NCBI GenBank assembly: GCA_963575745.1
Contig: CAUYUJ010000316.1
Coordinates: 1-64,000 of the forward strand
DNA: 64,000 nucleotides
Reading direction: 5' to 3'
Origin: Prorocentrum cordatum
Lineage: Eukaryota
Below the pieces are notes generated by a model, which was given only the letters and a program-made list of their open reading frames with translations, made no database searches and was not told the origin of the DNA. A program made the translations under genes and the position numbers. Numbering within the stretch: the stretch's first letter is position 1; each line of letters starts with the position of its first letter. Positions 12,831-24,400 of this stretch are shown here, in pieces.

Positions 12831-12863
<33 letters not shown>

Positions 12864-12887
12864 CGTTGTCGTCGTCGTCGACGTCGT

Positions 12888-12921
<34 letters not shown>

Positions 12922-13005
12922 AACGTCGCCGTCGCCGTCGCCGTCGCCGTTGCCGTCGCCGCCTCCTTCGCCGTCGCCGTCGCCGTCGCTGTCACTGTCG
13001 CTGCA

Positions 13006-13036
<31 letters not shown>

Positions 13037-13241
13037 CCGGCGTCGCCGTCGCCGTCGTCGTCGTCGTCGCCGTCGTCGACGTCATCGACGTTGTCGTCGT
13101 CGATAATATTCGTATCCGTCGTCGCCGCCGTCGTCATTGTCGTCGCCGCCGCCGCCGCCGTCATCGTCGTCGCCGTCGTCGTCGCGGCCGTCGTCGTCGA
13201 CGTCGCCATCGTCATTGTCGCCGTCGTCGTCGTCGTCGCCT

Positions 13242-13283
<42 letters not shown>

Positions 13284-13287
13284 CCGC

Positions 13288-13318
<31 letters not shown>

Positions 13319-13408
13319 CCGCGACGCGCCGCCGCCGTCGCCGTCGCCGTCGCCGTCGCGTCGTCGCGTCGTCGTCGCCGTCGCGTCGCCGCCACCGCCG
13401 CCGTCGCC

Positions 13409-13448
<40 letters not shown>

Positions 13449-14070
13449 TCGTCGTCGTCGTCTTCACGGCCGTCCGTCGTCGTCGTCGTCGTCTTCACGG
13501 CCGTCGTCGTCGCCGTCGAAGCCGTCGCTGTCGCCAACGCCGTCGCCGTCGCCGCCGCCGCCGTCGCCGCCGCCGTCGCCGTCGTCGTCGGCGTCGTCGC
13601 CGTCGTCGTCCTCGTTGCCGAACAGAGGCGTGGGCCTGCGCCTCCAGCGAGAGCCGCGCCGCCCCCATGCGGTCGCCCCGGTCCTCGGGCAGCCCCCGGG
13701 CGACAGGCGGACCACGGCCGCGGGCGGCGGCGGCCGCGAAAACCGACGCCGACGGCGACGGCGCGGACGCCCGCGCGCGGGCGGCGCGCGAGCGCCGCGC
13801 CGACGACGGGCGCGCCGACGGCGTCGGCGACGGAGCCAAGAACGATGACGACGACAACGACGACGACGAGGATGACGACGACCACGACGACAACGACGAC
13901 GACGACGACGATGACGCCGACAACGACGGCGGTGGTGGCGGTGGCGGCGGCGACGACGACGACGACCACGGCGGCGGCGTCGACGACGACGGCGGCGGCA
14001 GCGGCAGCGGCGGCGATGGCGGCGGCAGCGGCAGCGGCGCGGCGGCGACGGCGACGACAACGACGAACAG
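11990..14070. repeat. ~2-kb (GTC/GCC)n array that flips to (GAC/GGC)n near 13740
   Basis: Directly visible; extremely CpG-dense. Confidence 0.95.
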
Positions 14071-14265
14071 TCGAGATCGCAATTGTTTCTACCCCGGTGG
14101 GCCTCGAAGAGGCCAGCTTGGGGCCTGTGGTCGTCGACAGGGCCGTCGACAGGCGGCCCACGGTTTCGTCCGCCTCCTCCTCCTCCTCGTCCTCTTCCCC
14201 GTCCGCCTCCTCCTCCTCCCCCTCCTCCTCCTCCTCCTCCTCCTCCTCCTCCTCCTCCTCCTTCG

Positions 14266-14287
14266 TCCGTATCCATTTTGGCTCAAG
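14266..14287 (+). other. DinoSL relic at the 5' end of the second LINE
   Basis: TCCGTATCCATTTTGGCTCAAG, 21/22 match, just after a (CCT)n tract. Confidence 0.93.
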
Positions 14288-16742
14288 TGCGTAGTGTTTC
14301 CCTCAGGACTTGCCAATCTGGCGTGGGGGGATTGCGGCCCCCGACAGCTCACGCGTCTCCCAAGTGGCCTGCCCTGGCCTGGAAGCGCAGCTTATTTCTG
14401 ATATCTTAACTCCCGCTCTCGTGCCTTGCGCTCACTGTACACGTTGCCTGCGGGCGGATGCCACAGCCTGATGCTCCTAAGAAGCCTGCCTGCGGGCGGA
14501 TGACACAGCCTGATTCTCCAAAGAAGCCGAGTAGACACTCCCAGCGGCGTCGTGCGGCAGCGGTGGATTTGTGCTGGAAGTGGTGCAAGCACCCCGTGTC
14601 GGGTGCGCCGTGGTGGAATCGAGCAGATGCAGTCAGTTGCAGGAAGTGTGGAATTGCCAAGGCGCCGTCGTCAGCTCATGTTCGGCCCGAGCCCTCGGCA
14701 CCTGCCAAGCATGGGCCAGGCGCGCCTGGGGGGGCAAGTGACCCAGGCGTGGCGCCATGGCACGGGGATCGGGTCCGAGAGTTGGCGAAGCAGCTGGCTC
14801 AAACCAAGGGTCAGCTTGCCAACAAGGGAGTGTAGGATACGACGATGGAGGCCGGCGCGGGCGAGGCCGACGCGTTACCCCCGCGGCCGTCCAGCACCCA
14901 GGTGCGTGCCAGATTGGAGGAGATCGACGGCTCGCTCAGGGCCATCGTCAATTTTAAGGACTCGTGCTTCGTGCAGGCGCGGGGGGAGTTGGGGAGCGAG
15001 CGGCGTAAGATTCGCGGGGAGCTGGAGGCGGCCAAGCCCGTGCCAGCACAGTTGCGATCGCTGTCGATCCAGGCTCACAAGCTCCAGCTGAAGAAAAGTA
15101 AGCACGAGGATCTGTTGGCCAACGCCAAGGCAGACATGGGGAAGGCCAAGGAGGCCATCCGTGTCCAAAAGGAGCTGGTGGCAGAAACGGAGAAGGCCAT
15201 ATTGCAGATCGCTGAGGAGCAGACGCGTCTGGCGGCCGCCGTGCCGCGGCCTCCGCCTGCGCGGGCTGAGGCGGACGAGGTCGCGGCGGCGCTGGACATG
15301 TCCGTCAGCAAGCTGGGCGACCTCCTGGCGGGCCTCGGCGACGACGGCACCCTCTCGTCGAAGCTCGGCGGCGCGCTCGAGGAGGCGCGAGCCCTGGAGG
15401 AGCGCAAGAAGGCCGCCGAGCGGGAGGCCGCCCGTGCTGCCGCCGAGCAACGAGAAGCCGCTGCTGCTGGTGGCGCAGGTGGAGGCCGGCGTGCCGCCGC
15501 GGCCGCTGGTGCAGATGGAGGTCCCAGGGATGGGCCTTGCGTCGACACTCCCTGTCCTCATGATGGTGGCCTTGATGAGCTACGGGACTGCCTTGGCAGG
15601 GTTGGCATCGAGGTTGAGGCCGAACGCCGCAGAGGAGGAGGCGCGCGGTGAGATGCGCACGCAGCAGGGCGGAGTCACGGGATGGCAATCTGAGAAGCGG
15701 GCTGAGCTGGAGCAGGAAAGCTGTGCGCCTCTCCTTGTGGATCGGCCTGGTGACGAATGCAGCTACAGGCATGCCCAGTGCGGGCGCAGTGGCTGGTTCG
15801 CTGGATGCTGACTCGTTGCTCAATACTCAAAGTGTGCCTGTTGCTGCGACTGGCGCGGTGAACGCTGGCGGTGGCCGATGCGGGCCCAAGGGCAAGGCCG
15901 AGGGCCGCGGGCGCGGGTGGACGAGACGAGCCGCGGACGCGCGGAAGGGTCGATGCCTCGCCCCTGCCCGAAACTCCTGCTCGCGCCGTCGACGGACGTG
16001 CTGCGGCCCCGAGCGGAAGGATCTCTGCGGCCCTCGCCTGCCCTCGGCCCGCCACGGCAGGCGGCGTGGCTCTGGCGGCGTCTTCGACTGCTTCGACATC
16101 TTCGAGCGGACGGCTGACTGGAGCGGTTCCCTCGTCCGCGTGTTTTTTTCGCATGCGGTTTCGGAAGACGTGCCGGGGCACCCTGCTGAATCGCCAGCAG
16201 TGGACAATACCTTCGGCGAGCATAAGAAGGGCAGCATTGTCACGCTCAACGTTCGACGGGGAAGCAGATGGGGGGGGAATTCCTCGTCGGATGCCCCCAC
16301 GCCGTAGTTATGCTGCAGGAGCACCACATCTCAGCTAACCTCTTGGCCGACGCTCAGGCACGGGTGACCGACATGAACTGGCAGGGCTTGTGGTCAGCAG
16401 CGAAGGAGACTGGCAGTGCCAGCGGGGCGCAGTCAGGCCTGGCCATTCTGGCAAGGCCGACGGTCTTGGTCACTCGTGCCCCGTTCATGACGAGTGACTC
16501 CCTGGCAGATGGTCGCGCGCTCCCAGCTCAAGTGCACTGGGGAGTGCCAGGCGGCGTCGTGCTCATCTCGGTCTACGCGTGCGTGAACGAGGGCTGGTCG
16601 GACAACGTTTACGTGATGCAAGAGGCGAGCAGCCACGTGGAGCGCCTCAACTACGCGGCGTACGACTGGATTGTGGCAGGCGACTTCAACATGCAGCCGT
16701 CCGAGATGGGTGACCTGCCCTGGCTGCACGGCTTGGGCGGCA
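14266..16742 (+). mobile_element. 5' part of a second LINE (ORF1 plus partial endonuclease), 3'-truncated
   Basis: Zn-finger-like WCKHPVSGAPWWNRADAVSCRKCG. Coiled-coil ORF 14845-15651 after a stop at 14833-14835. EEP motifs MLQEHH, GLAIL, LISVYA, WIVAGDFNM. Ends abruptly in (CCT)n. Confidence 0.85.
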
Positions 16743-16745
16743 TAC

Positions 16746-19035
16746 TCCTCCTCCTCCTCCTCCTCCTCCTCCTCCTCCTCCTCCTCCTCCTCCTCCTCCT
16801 CCTGGTCCTACCCCTCCTCCTCCTCCTCCTCCTTCTCCTCCTCATCCTCTTTCTCCTCCGCCCCCCCTCCTCCCATTCCCCCTCTCCTCCCCCTCCTCCC
16901 GCTCCTCCTCCTCATCCTCCTCCCCCTCCCCCTCATCTTCCACCTCCTCTTTCCCTCCTCCTCCTCCTCCTCCTCCTCTTCCTCCTCCCCTTCCTCCCAG
17001 TCCTCCGCCTCCTCCTGCCCCTCCCCTCCTCTTCCTCCTCCTCCTCCCTCCTTTTCCTCCTCCTCCTCCTCCTCCCTCCTCCTCCTCCTCCTCCTCCTCC
17101 TCCCCCTCCTCCTCCTCCGCTGCCCCTCCTCCGCCTCTTCCGCCTCCTCTCCCTCCTCCCCCGCCTTGTCTTCCTTCTCGACTTCCTCCTCCTCCTCCTC
17201 CTCCTCCTCTCCTCCTCCTCCTCCTCCTCCTCCTTCTTCCCTCTTCCTCCTCCCCCTCCTCCTCCTCATCCTCCTCCCCCTCCTCCTCCTCCTCCTCGTC
17301 CTCCTCCGCCTCCCCCTCCACCTCCTCCTCCTCTTCTTATTATTATTCTTCTGATTCTTACTCATCTACGTTTTCTTCTGGTTAATAGTATTAGTATTAA
17401 TCGTCGTAGTCTTCTTCGTCTTCTTATTATTCGTAGTGTTTTCTTCGTAGTCTCAGTATTCGTATTTTTCTTCTTAGTATTATTATTCGTCTTCTTAGTA
17501 AAATCCTTCATAACCTTATTCTTCCTATTATTATTATTCCTCCTCCTCCTCCTCCTCCTCCTCCTCCTCCTCCTCCTCCTCCGCCTCCCCCTCTTCCCTC
17601 CTCCTCCCCCTCCTCCTCCTCCTCCTGCTCCGCCTCCTCCTCCTCCTCCTCCTCCTCCTCCTTCTCCTCACCTTCCCCCTCCCCTTCCTCCTCACCGTCC
17701 CCCCTCCCCTTCTCCTCCTCCTCCTCCTCCTCCTCCCCTTCTCCTCCTCCTCCTCCTCCTCCTCCTCCTCCTCCTCCTCCTCCTCCTCCTCCTCCTCCTC
17801 CCTCATCCTCCTCCTCCTCCTCCCCCCCATCCTTCCCTTCTCTTCCTCTCCCCTTCCTCCTCCTCCTCCTCCTCCTCCTCCTCCTCCTCCTCCTCCTCCT
17901 CCTCCACCATCACCAGCACGACCACCACCACCATCACAACCACCACCAGCACCAGCACCAGCACCAGCACGAGCACCAGCACCAGCACGAGCACCAGCAC
18001 CAGCACCAGCACCACCACAACCACGCACACACGCACGCACGCACGCACGCACGTGCACCACCACCCACTACGCACGCGCGCGCGGAGCCACAGGTCCGCT
18101 ACGACACGCGTCCGCGGATAGAGAAAATCAGCGCCATGGTAAGGGATGGGAGGGAGGGGTAGGACGTCAGATATGACGCGAGCGCACCTAGCTTGTCCTC
18201 CTCCTCCTCCTCCTCCTCATCCTCCTCCTCCTCCTCCTCCTCCCCATCCTTCCCCTCCTCTTCCTCCTCCCCTTCCTCCCATTCCTCGTCCTACTCCTCT
18301 CCTCCTCCTCCTCCTCCTCCTCTCCTCCTCCTCCTCCTCCTCCTTACCCTCCTGTTCCTCATTCCTCCTCCCTCCTCCTCCTCCTCCTCCTCCTCCTCCT
18401 CCTCCTCCTCCTCTCCGCCTCCGCCTCCTCCTCCTCCTCCTCCTCCTCCTCAGCCTCCCCCTCTTCCTCCTTTTCCTCCTCCTCCTCTCCCCCCCCTCCA
18501 TCCTCTTCCTCCTCCTCCTCCTCCTCCTCCTACTCCTCCTCCTCCTCCTTCCTCCTCCTCCTCCTCCTCCTCCTCCTCCTCCTCACTCCTCCTCCTCCTC
18601 ACCTCCTCCTCCTCCTCCTCCTCCTCCTCCTCCTCCCTCTCCTCCCTCTCGCCTCCCCCTCATTCATTCACCCTCCTCCCTGCTCCTTCTCCTCCTTTTC
18701 CTTTTCCTCCTCCTCCTCCTATCCCCCCCTCCTTCCTCCCTCCTCCTCCTCCTCCTCCTCCTCCTCCTGTCCGCCTCTTCCTCCTCGTCTTCCTCCTCCT
18801 CCTCCTCCTCCTTCTCCGCCTCCTCCTCCTCCTCCTCCTCCTCCTCCTCCTCCTTCCTCCCCTTCCTCCTCCTCCTCCTCCTCCTCCTCCTCCTCCTCCT
18901 CCTCCTTCTCCTCACATTCCCCCTCCCCTTCCTCCTTTTCCTCCTTTTCCTCCTCCTCCTCCTCGCTCTCCTGCTGTTGCTGCTCCTTATTTTCCTCCTC
19001 GACTCCTTCTCCCCCCTCCTCATCCTACGCCTCCT
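16746..19035 (+). repeat. Long polypyrimidine (CCT)n-derived tract with an embedded ACAA...TTGT-family 3' end (about 17930-18196)
   Basis: Directly visible. 18015-18196 is nearly identical to 560-739. Confidence 0.9.
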
Positions 19036-20149
19036 CCGTTTTTGGCTTGAAAAACACGGGTCCTGTGGGAACCGGGGCCCTTTCCCAATACGCAGTTCTC
19101 CCGCGTAGTGTTTGTTACGCTCCCGGGGTTCGCGGAAGGCCCCGGGAATTCACGGCCCGTTCCCCTCTGGACCCGCCTGTTTCATCACGGCGCGTCGTCG
19201 AAGCCGTCGCCCCCGTCGTCGCCGCTGCCGACCCGCCCTCCCTGTACCCGCCCCGCCCGGGACGGCTCCTTCCACTCCACGCGCCCCAACACCTGCTCGT
19301 GGTCCACTTCAAACACGAAGGCCTGGGCCAGCGCCGGGCGAGGCAAGGACGACGAGGGCGACGAGGACGGCGACGTGGACGGTCACCGAAGGGCAAGTTC
19401 GACAACGACGACGACCAGGAACTAGGGCAAGATCGGCAAGGGCTACAACCACGGCGGCGACAATGACAAGGCCGAAGGCGGCCAGAACGTGGACGACGAG
19501 GAAGAGGACGACGACGACGACGACGTCGACGAAGCCGACCAAAAAGAATTGTTGCTGTGTTTCGCGGTAGCGGCCGGTATTACCGTCCCCGGCCCCACCC
19601 TGGCGGCGTGACGATTCGTGCTGGCGCCTCCAGCGCAGGAGCATGGTTTTCTCGGCCCATCCCTCAACGCTGTTGCTCCTTATCCTCCGCACTCCCCCCG
19701 CCCCGCCCTGCACTCGCGCTGCCCGAACTCCGCCGCATGCGAACATGCACCCTCGCTGCGCGGGTCCGAGTGAAAGCGCGGCGTGCCGCGGGGTCGCGGC
19801 CTTCCCACTGCACCACCTCCACCAGAACGGCTCGCCCCTCTGAGGAGGCACCGCCAGACGGCGGCAAGAATCGGAAGACTTCGCGTTTCACCCAGTATCA
19901 CGAAATTCCGCTCCACGAGCTCCGTCGACACCCTTTGCCCCTGCGCGCAGGTCTCGCCTGACAGCGGCAGCCAACGGAACGCCCAGCTACATATCCCACG
20001 CCACCAGTCCCACCAGTTCCGCGCTCACCTCCAGGGCAAGCGCGCGAAGAAACAATAGTCCGACAACCGAAACAAACACAACTTCCCACTACTGAGCTAT
20101 ATAGCGCTCGTCTCCCGAACCAACACCGTACCCGGAAACAATCAGGCTA

Positions 20150-21000
20150 CCAGAAGCTTTTCAGTGTTCCAAACCTTCCGCCTCCCGAAACTCTACTCCA
20201 CTCCTCGACGGCGTTCCTCATCGAAGGCCCGGTTACTGCGGGAGACAGTGGGCAGTCCACGGAGGCCAAAAACTGCGCCCAAACCTGCGCCACGACGGCA
20301 GGCAGCAGGCTGCAGGTTGGACTAAACACCTGATCATTTATGTTTGCCTCGCAGGCACAAACTCTGTGGAGCAACGTCTCTGGCGGTTGGCCTCGCAGGC
20401 CCATGCTCTGTGGAGCAGCGTCTCTGGCTCCTTCGCACACCTGTCGCGCAGCTGCACGGGGAGGAGGTACCCCTGCTCTATGCACCTGGTCTTCGACCAC
20501 TGTCCCCCGCTGACGACCGTGATGTCCAAGGCTGTCTGGTCTAGCTGTCCCAACTTCTCGAACCTCTTCTGCTCCTTGACAATCGGCCAAAAAAGTCTGC
20601 TCCAGCCACCTGTCCCTGTCCGTGAGTGTACACGTCGGTGGGAAGAAGTAGGTCGAGACATGAAGTAGGAAGGCAGACAAAGTACATTGGGTCCTGGACC
20701 ACCCAGAGCATAACAGAACGCAGCAAAAGCACTCCGACTATTGACGCAGAAAGGCGCCTGAAGTACATTCGACTCTGGGAATCCAAAAATAGATACTTCC
20801 AGCGACCGACGTGCAGGGCGGCAGCAGCACCGCCACAATCCCCCACGGATGTCCGCCGCGAGGTCGTCGATGGGCTGTTGGAAGCAGCCCTTGGGGTCGA
20901 ACCCACCGTCCAAGGCCGAAGCGACGTGCCACTGCTCCGTCTGGTGCGCGCCAAGCTTTGTGGATGCCATGACAATGGACACTCTAACAATCCTACCATT
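20150..21000 (-). pseudogene. Degenerate LINE ORF2 fragment (post-RT zf-RVT-like region)
   Basis: VSGGQWSKTRCIEQGY...DRCAKEPETLLHRAWAC. A ~44-bp tandem duplication sits at 20347-20428. Confidence 0.65.
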
Positions 21001-21488
21001 GAACTCATGAAGCTAAGTGTTAAATGTGTAAAACGTGTTCTACAAGTGTTTCAAACATGCTTATGAGGGCGATCGTTTTCACGCAGACGCTTCTATATCA
21101 TGCGGTGTGCAGCCAGACGAGATAACGTCATCTCACGAACGCTTTGCAACGGCAGAGCCTCTGAAAGCTTCTCCAGAGACCCCAGACAAGGTCAGGGACA
21201 GCAGGGTTGGGCAAAGAGAGTCACATAAAATTGGGAGGGAAAACTTTGAGCAAAAATGGGCCGCGGTCGCTTCCCACTCTCGCAGTTTCCACCCGCCCTC
21301 ATTCCAGTCAAAGACAGTGCCATGAGGGCGATCGTTTTCACGCAGACGCTTCTATATCATGCGGTGTGCAGCCAGACGAGATAACGTCATCTCACGAACG
21401 CTTTGCAACGGCAGAGCCTCTGAAAGCTTCTCCAGAGACCCAAGACCACTTTGTGCCCCGGGCCCATGAATGCCCTGGGATCCTTAGA

Positions 21489-24400
21489 TCACGACAAGTT
21501 TGAAAGCAGTCCCTGACCAGACCGAGCGAGATGACATGAGTGAAAAACCTCGGCAAGCTTTTTACAAAGGCGGGGGGGGTAGGGCTGTGCAATTAAGGTC
21601 CAGGATTTCCCATTCGGGGCTTTGCCAGAGAGCTCGAGGTGGGGGCGACCAGACCGAGAGCACACCCCCCGCCCTTTACACTTAAAAGAGTCCAGAGTCC
21701 TACACACGCCGTCAGGTATATTACACAGCATGAGTCTAGTTGCTTTTCTCCATCGGGTACCGAATTGGCAAAAATCTACTCGTTCCAATTTGACTTGCGG
21801 ACAGGCGAGAAACCTTAGAACCTCAGGAAGGATCCAGAACATCGAGGTGAGAGGGTTCTCGACGATGCACGGGACCTTCATTCTCAGGCAGAGGCGTACC
21901 AGTTTTATCGTGAACCTGGTCAGCAAGTTACCGATACGCACCTTCTCCATGTCCACGGCACTGAGCTCCGCCAGGCCCCAGGGAAACTCGTTGGATCGGA
22001 GCGGCGGTGGGCGCCCACGACGTGCCCGGCTCAGTGTGTGACAGGGAGTTGCGATCATCACACCTTTTATCTTGCCAGTCCGGACTCGATTCAAAAGTCT
22101 TTGTTGATTTCGATTCTTTGTTAGATCGTGATCTGGGCCATGCACGACATCGGTCACTGTAGCACGGCCTCCAAGTTTAGTCACTTCCGCTGCGACACCT
22201 CCGCAGCCGGAGTAGACGTCCTCAAAAGCCCACTGCGCGGCAGCGACGGTACGGCGGGCGGGGCGAGGCCGTTCAGCATCACGTCCTGCAGGTTGGCCTC
22301 GCACCACAGGGCGAACTGCTGGAAGCTTTTGGGCAGCCGCTGCCACTGTGCCTGCGCACGGCCGCCCTTCTCGTAGCGGGCGACGCTTTTGTGGCTGCCC
22401 CAGCGGCCACGCTTCATGATCTCGTCCAGCGTGCGTCGCAGCTGCAGACGATCCCACGACGCGCCGCTGTGGCGGAGCTGGTAAGGGACCAGCTCTGGGA
22501 GCCCCAGCCGCTTCGCAGCCGCCTTGAACTGCTTCAGGTATGCGGCGTAGCTGTAGTTGAAGACGGGCTCGTCGCCGTTCTTGCCGCGCACCAGCTCGCG
22601 CAGCAGCTGCGTGGTCCACGCCTCCTCTTTGTCCCAGATGACGGTGTCGTCGTAGATCCCCACCTTGGTCGGCCTCAGCTCCTCGGACGGCCGGATGACG
22701 AACGCCCAGTGGGGACCCACGTTCGACGACGGGGGGATGAGCCACTTCGCCTTCAGCTCGTGAATCTCCCCAGGCCGCGCGTAGGTCACAAGCGCGGCCA
22801 GCGTCTCGATGGCCATCGTGCGGAAGCCCGCCCGCACCAGCTCCACCATCAGGGCCGCCCACACCGGTCGCGCCTCGGGGAGCCGCGACTGCCCAGGAGC
22901 CAGGCGGTCCCAGCCCTGGAGGGCACGGTGGGCGCGGGGAAGCCGAAGGGTCCCAGCTCGCCCGAACTCCGGGCGGAGGCCCTTGATGGCCGCCAGCAGG
23001 TAGTGCCCTACGCTCCCGTCCATGCCGTTGAAGAACTTCTCGTCGAACACCTCGATCAGGGCGAAATCGACCTCCTCCGTGGAGTCGAGCGAGAGACCGA
23101 GCCTGGCGCAGTCCTGCACGAACCCCTCCATCACCTCCACGTACTGCTGGTCGACCTTCTCCCCCACGGCCTTCGTCTCCAGGAACGAGCGGCCGAGGGC
23201 GTCGGCCTCCACCGAGAAGCGGTCCTGCCTCACCAGCGCCGTACTCAGCCTCCTCAGCTTCGCCGGCTGCGAGATCGGCACGCTCCTCGGCAGACGCGGG
23301 ATCTCCCTCCGCGGTCGAGCCGACGGAATAGCCGACGCCTTCTGTGCAGCACTGCGCCCGTTGCTCAACAGGCGCCGATCCTCTCGCCGAACCGGCGGCG
23401 GCCGGGTCAGCCCCTGCAACCGCATCGGGCTTCGGCCGCTTGTGCCCGGGCTCGTACCGCCGCGATGGACCGTCGGCGGGATTGAGCTCAGACGGCACCC
23501 AACGAACATGGCAACGGATGTTGAGGGCCAGGGAAAGGGCGCACCACCTTCGACAGCAGATGTTCATCTGGAAATCCGAGGCCCTCCCCTTGCAGAACGC
23601 CAAGATCTGGCCCATGTTATCCCCCAAGAAGACGACATGACGACCACCGATACCAGGGCGCTTTGCGAGCCGACGAAGGGCCCAGATCATCCCCTTCGCC
23701 TCCAGAATGTGAATGGCTTCCCTACGGCAGAACCTTCCAGCGTATACAAACTTCCAGGGGGCCTCGTGGATCCAGTCGGGGCTGATGTCGGGGAACTTGG
23801 GGTCCTCCTCCCAGTACTCGTTCGGGTCATTCGTCCCCTTAGGGACGTACACGGTGAACTTGTCCTCCAGGGCATCTCGAGAACCTGCAAGAGCGTGTGC
23901 ACGATGAGCCATATCTTGACGGACCCGAAAACGCATACGCTCGTCGACCCTCCCAACCTGCTTCACATTTTTGTCACTCCAAGAGCTCTCGACAACTCCC
24001 CATCCTGTAGGGCAGGCGTCCGTCGCCACCACCTCGCCATGCCAGGGCAATCTCCACTGAGCAAAGGCAAAGGGTAACAGGGCTCGCGCTGCACTAAGCT
24101 CGGCCCGCACAGAGGGCCAGAGGTCGACCTGCTCTCCACCAGCGCTGCGAATGACCTGGTAGGTCGCAGACAAAACCGACAACAGGGGGCGACGGAGCAT
24201 GAAAATGAACGTCAGGTGGCCAACGGTTGACTCCAGCTGGTGCCCCGAGGCAACTCCACGGTCCAGCAGCCAAGTCAGCAGGCTGTCGACTTTCCACATC
24301 CTCTTGAGCGACGTGGACACCATGCCCTTGCCGCCATCGATTGCCACGCCCAGCACTTCCGACTGAGTCTGGGCCTCGACGCGCTCGTGAGTGGACAGCC

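Noticed and set aside
19036..19051. CCGTTTTTGGCTTGAA after a CCT tract as a third SL relic
   Set aside because: Too degenerate, and no recognisable ORF follows. Possible but unsupported.
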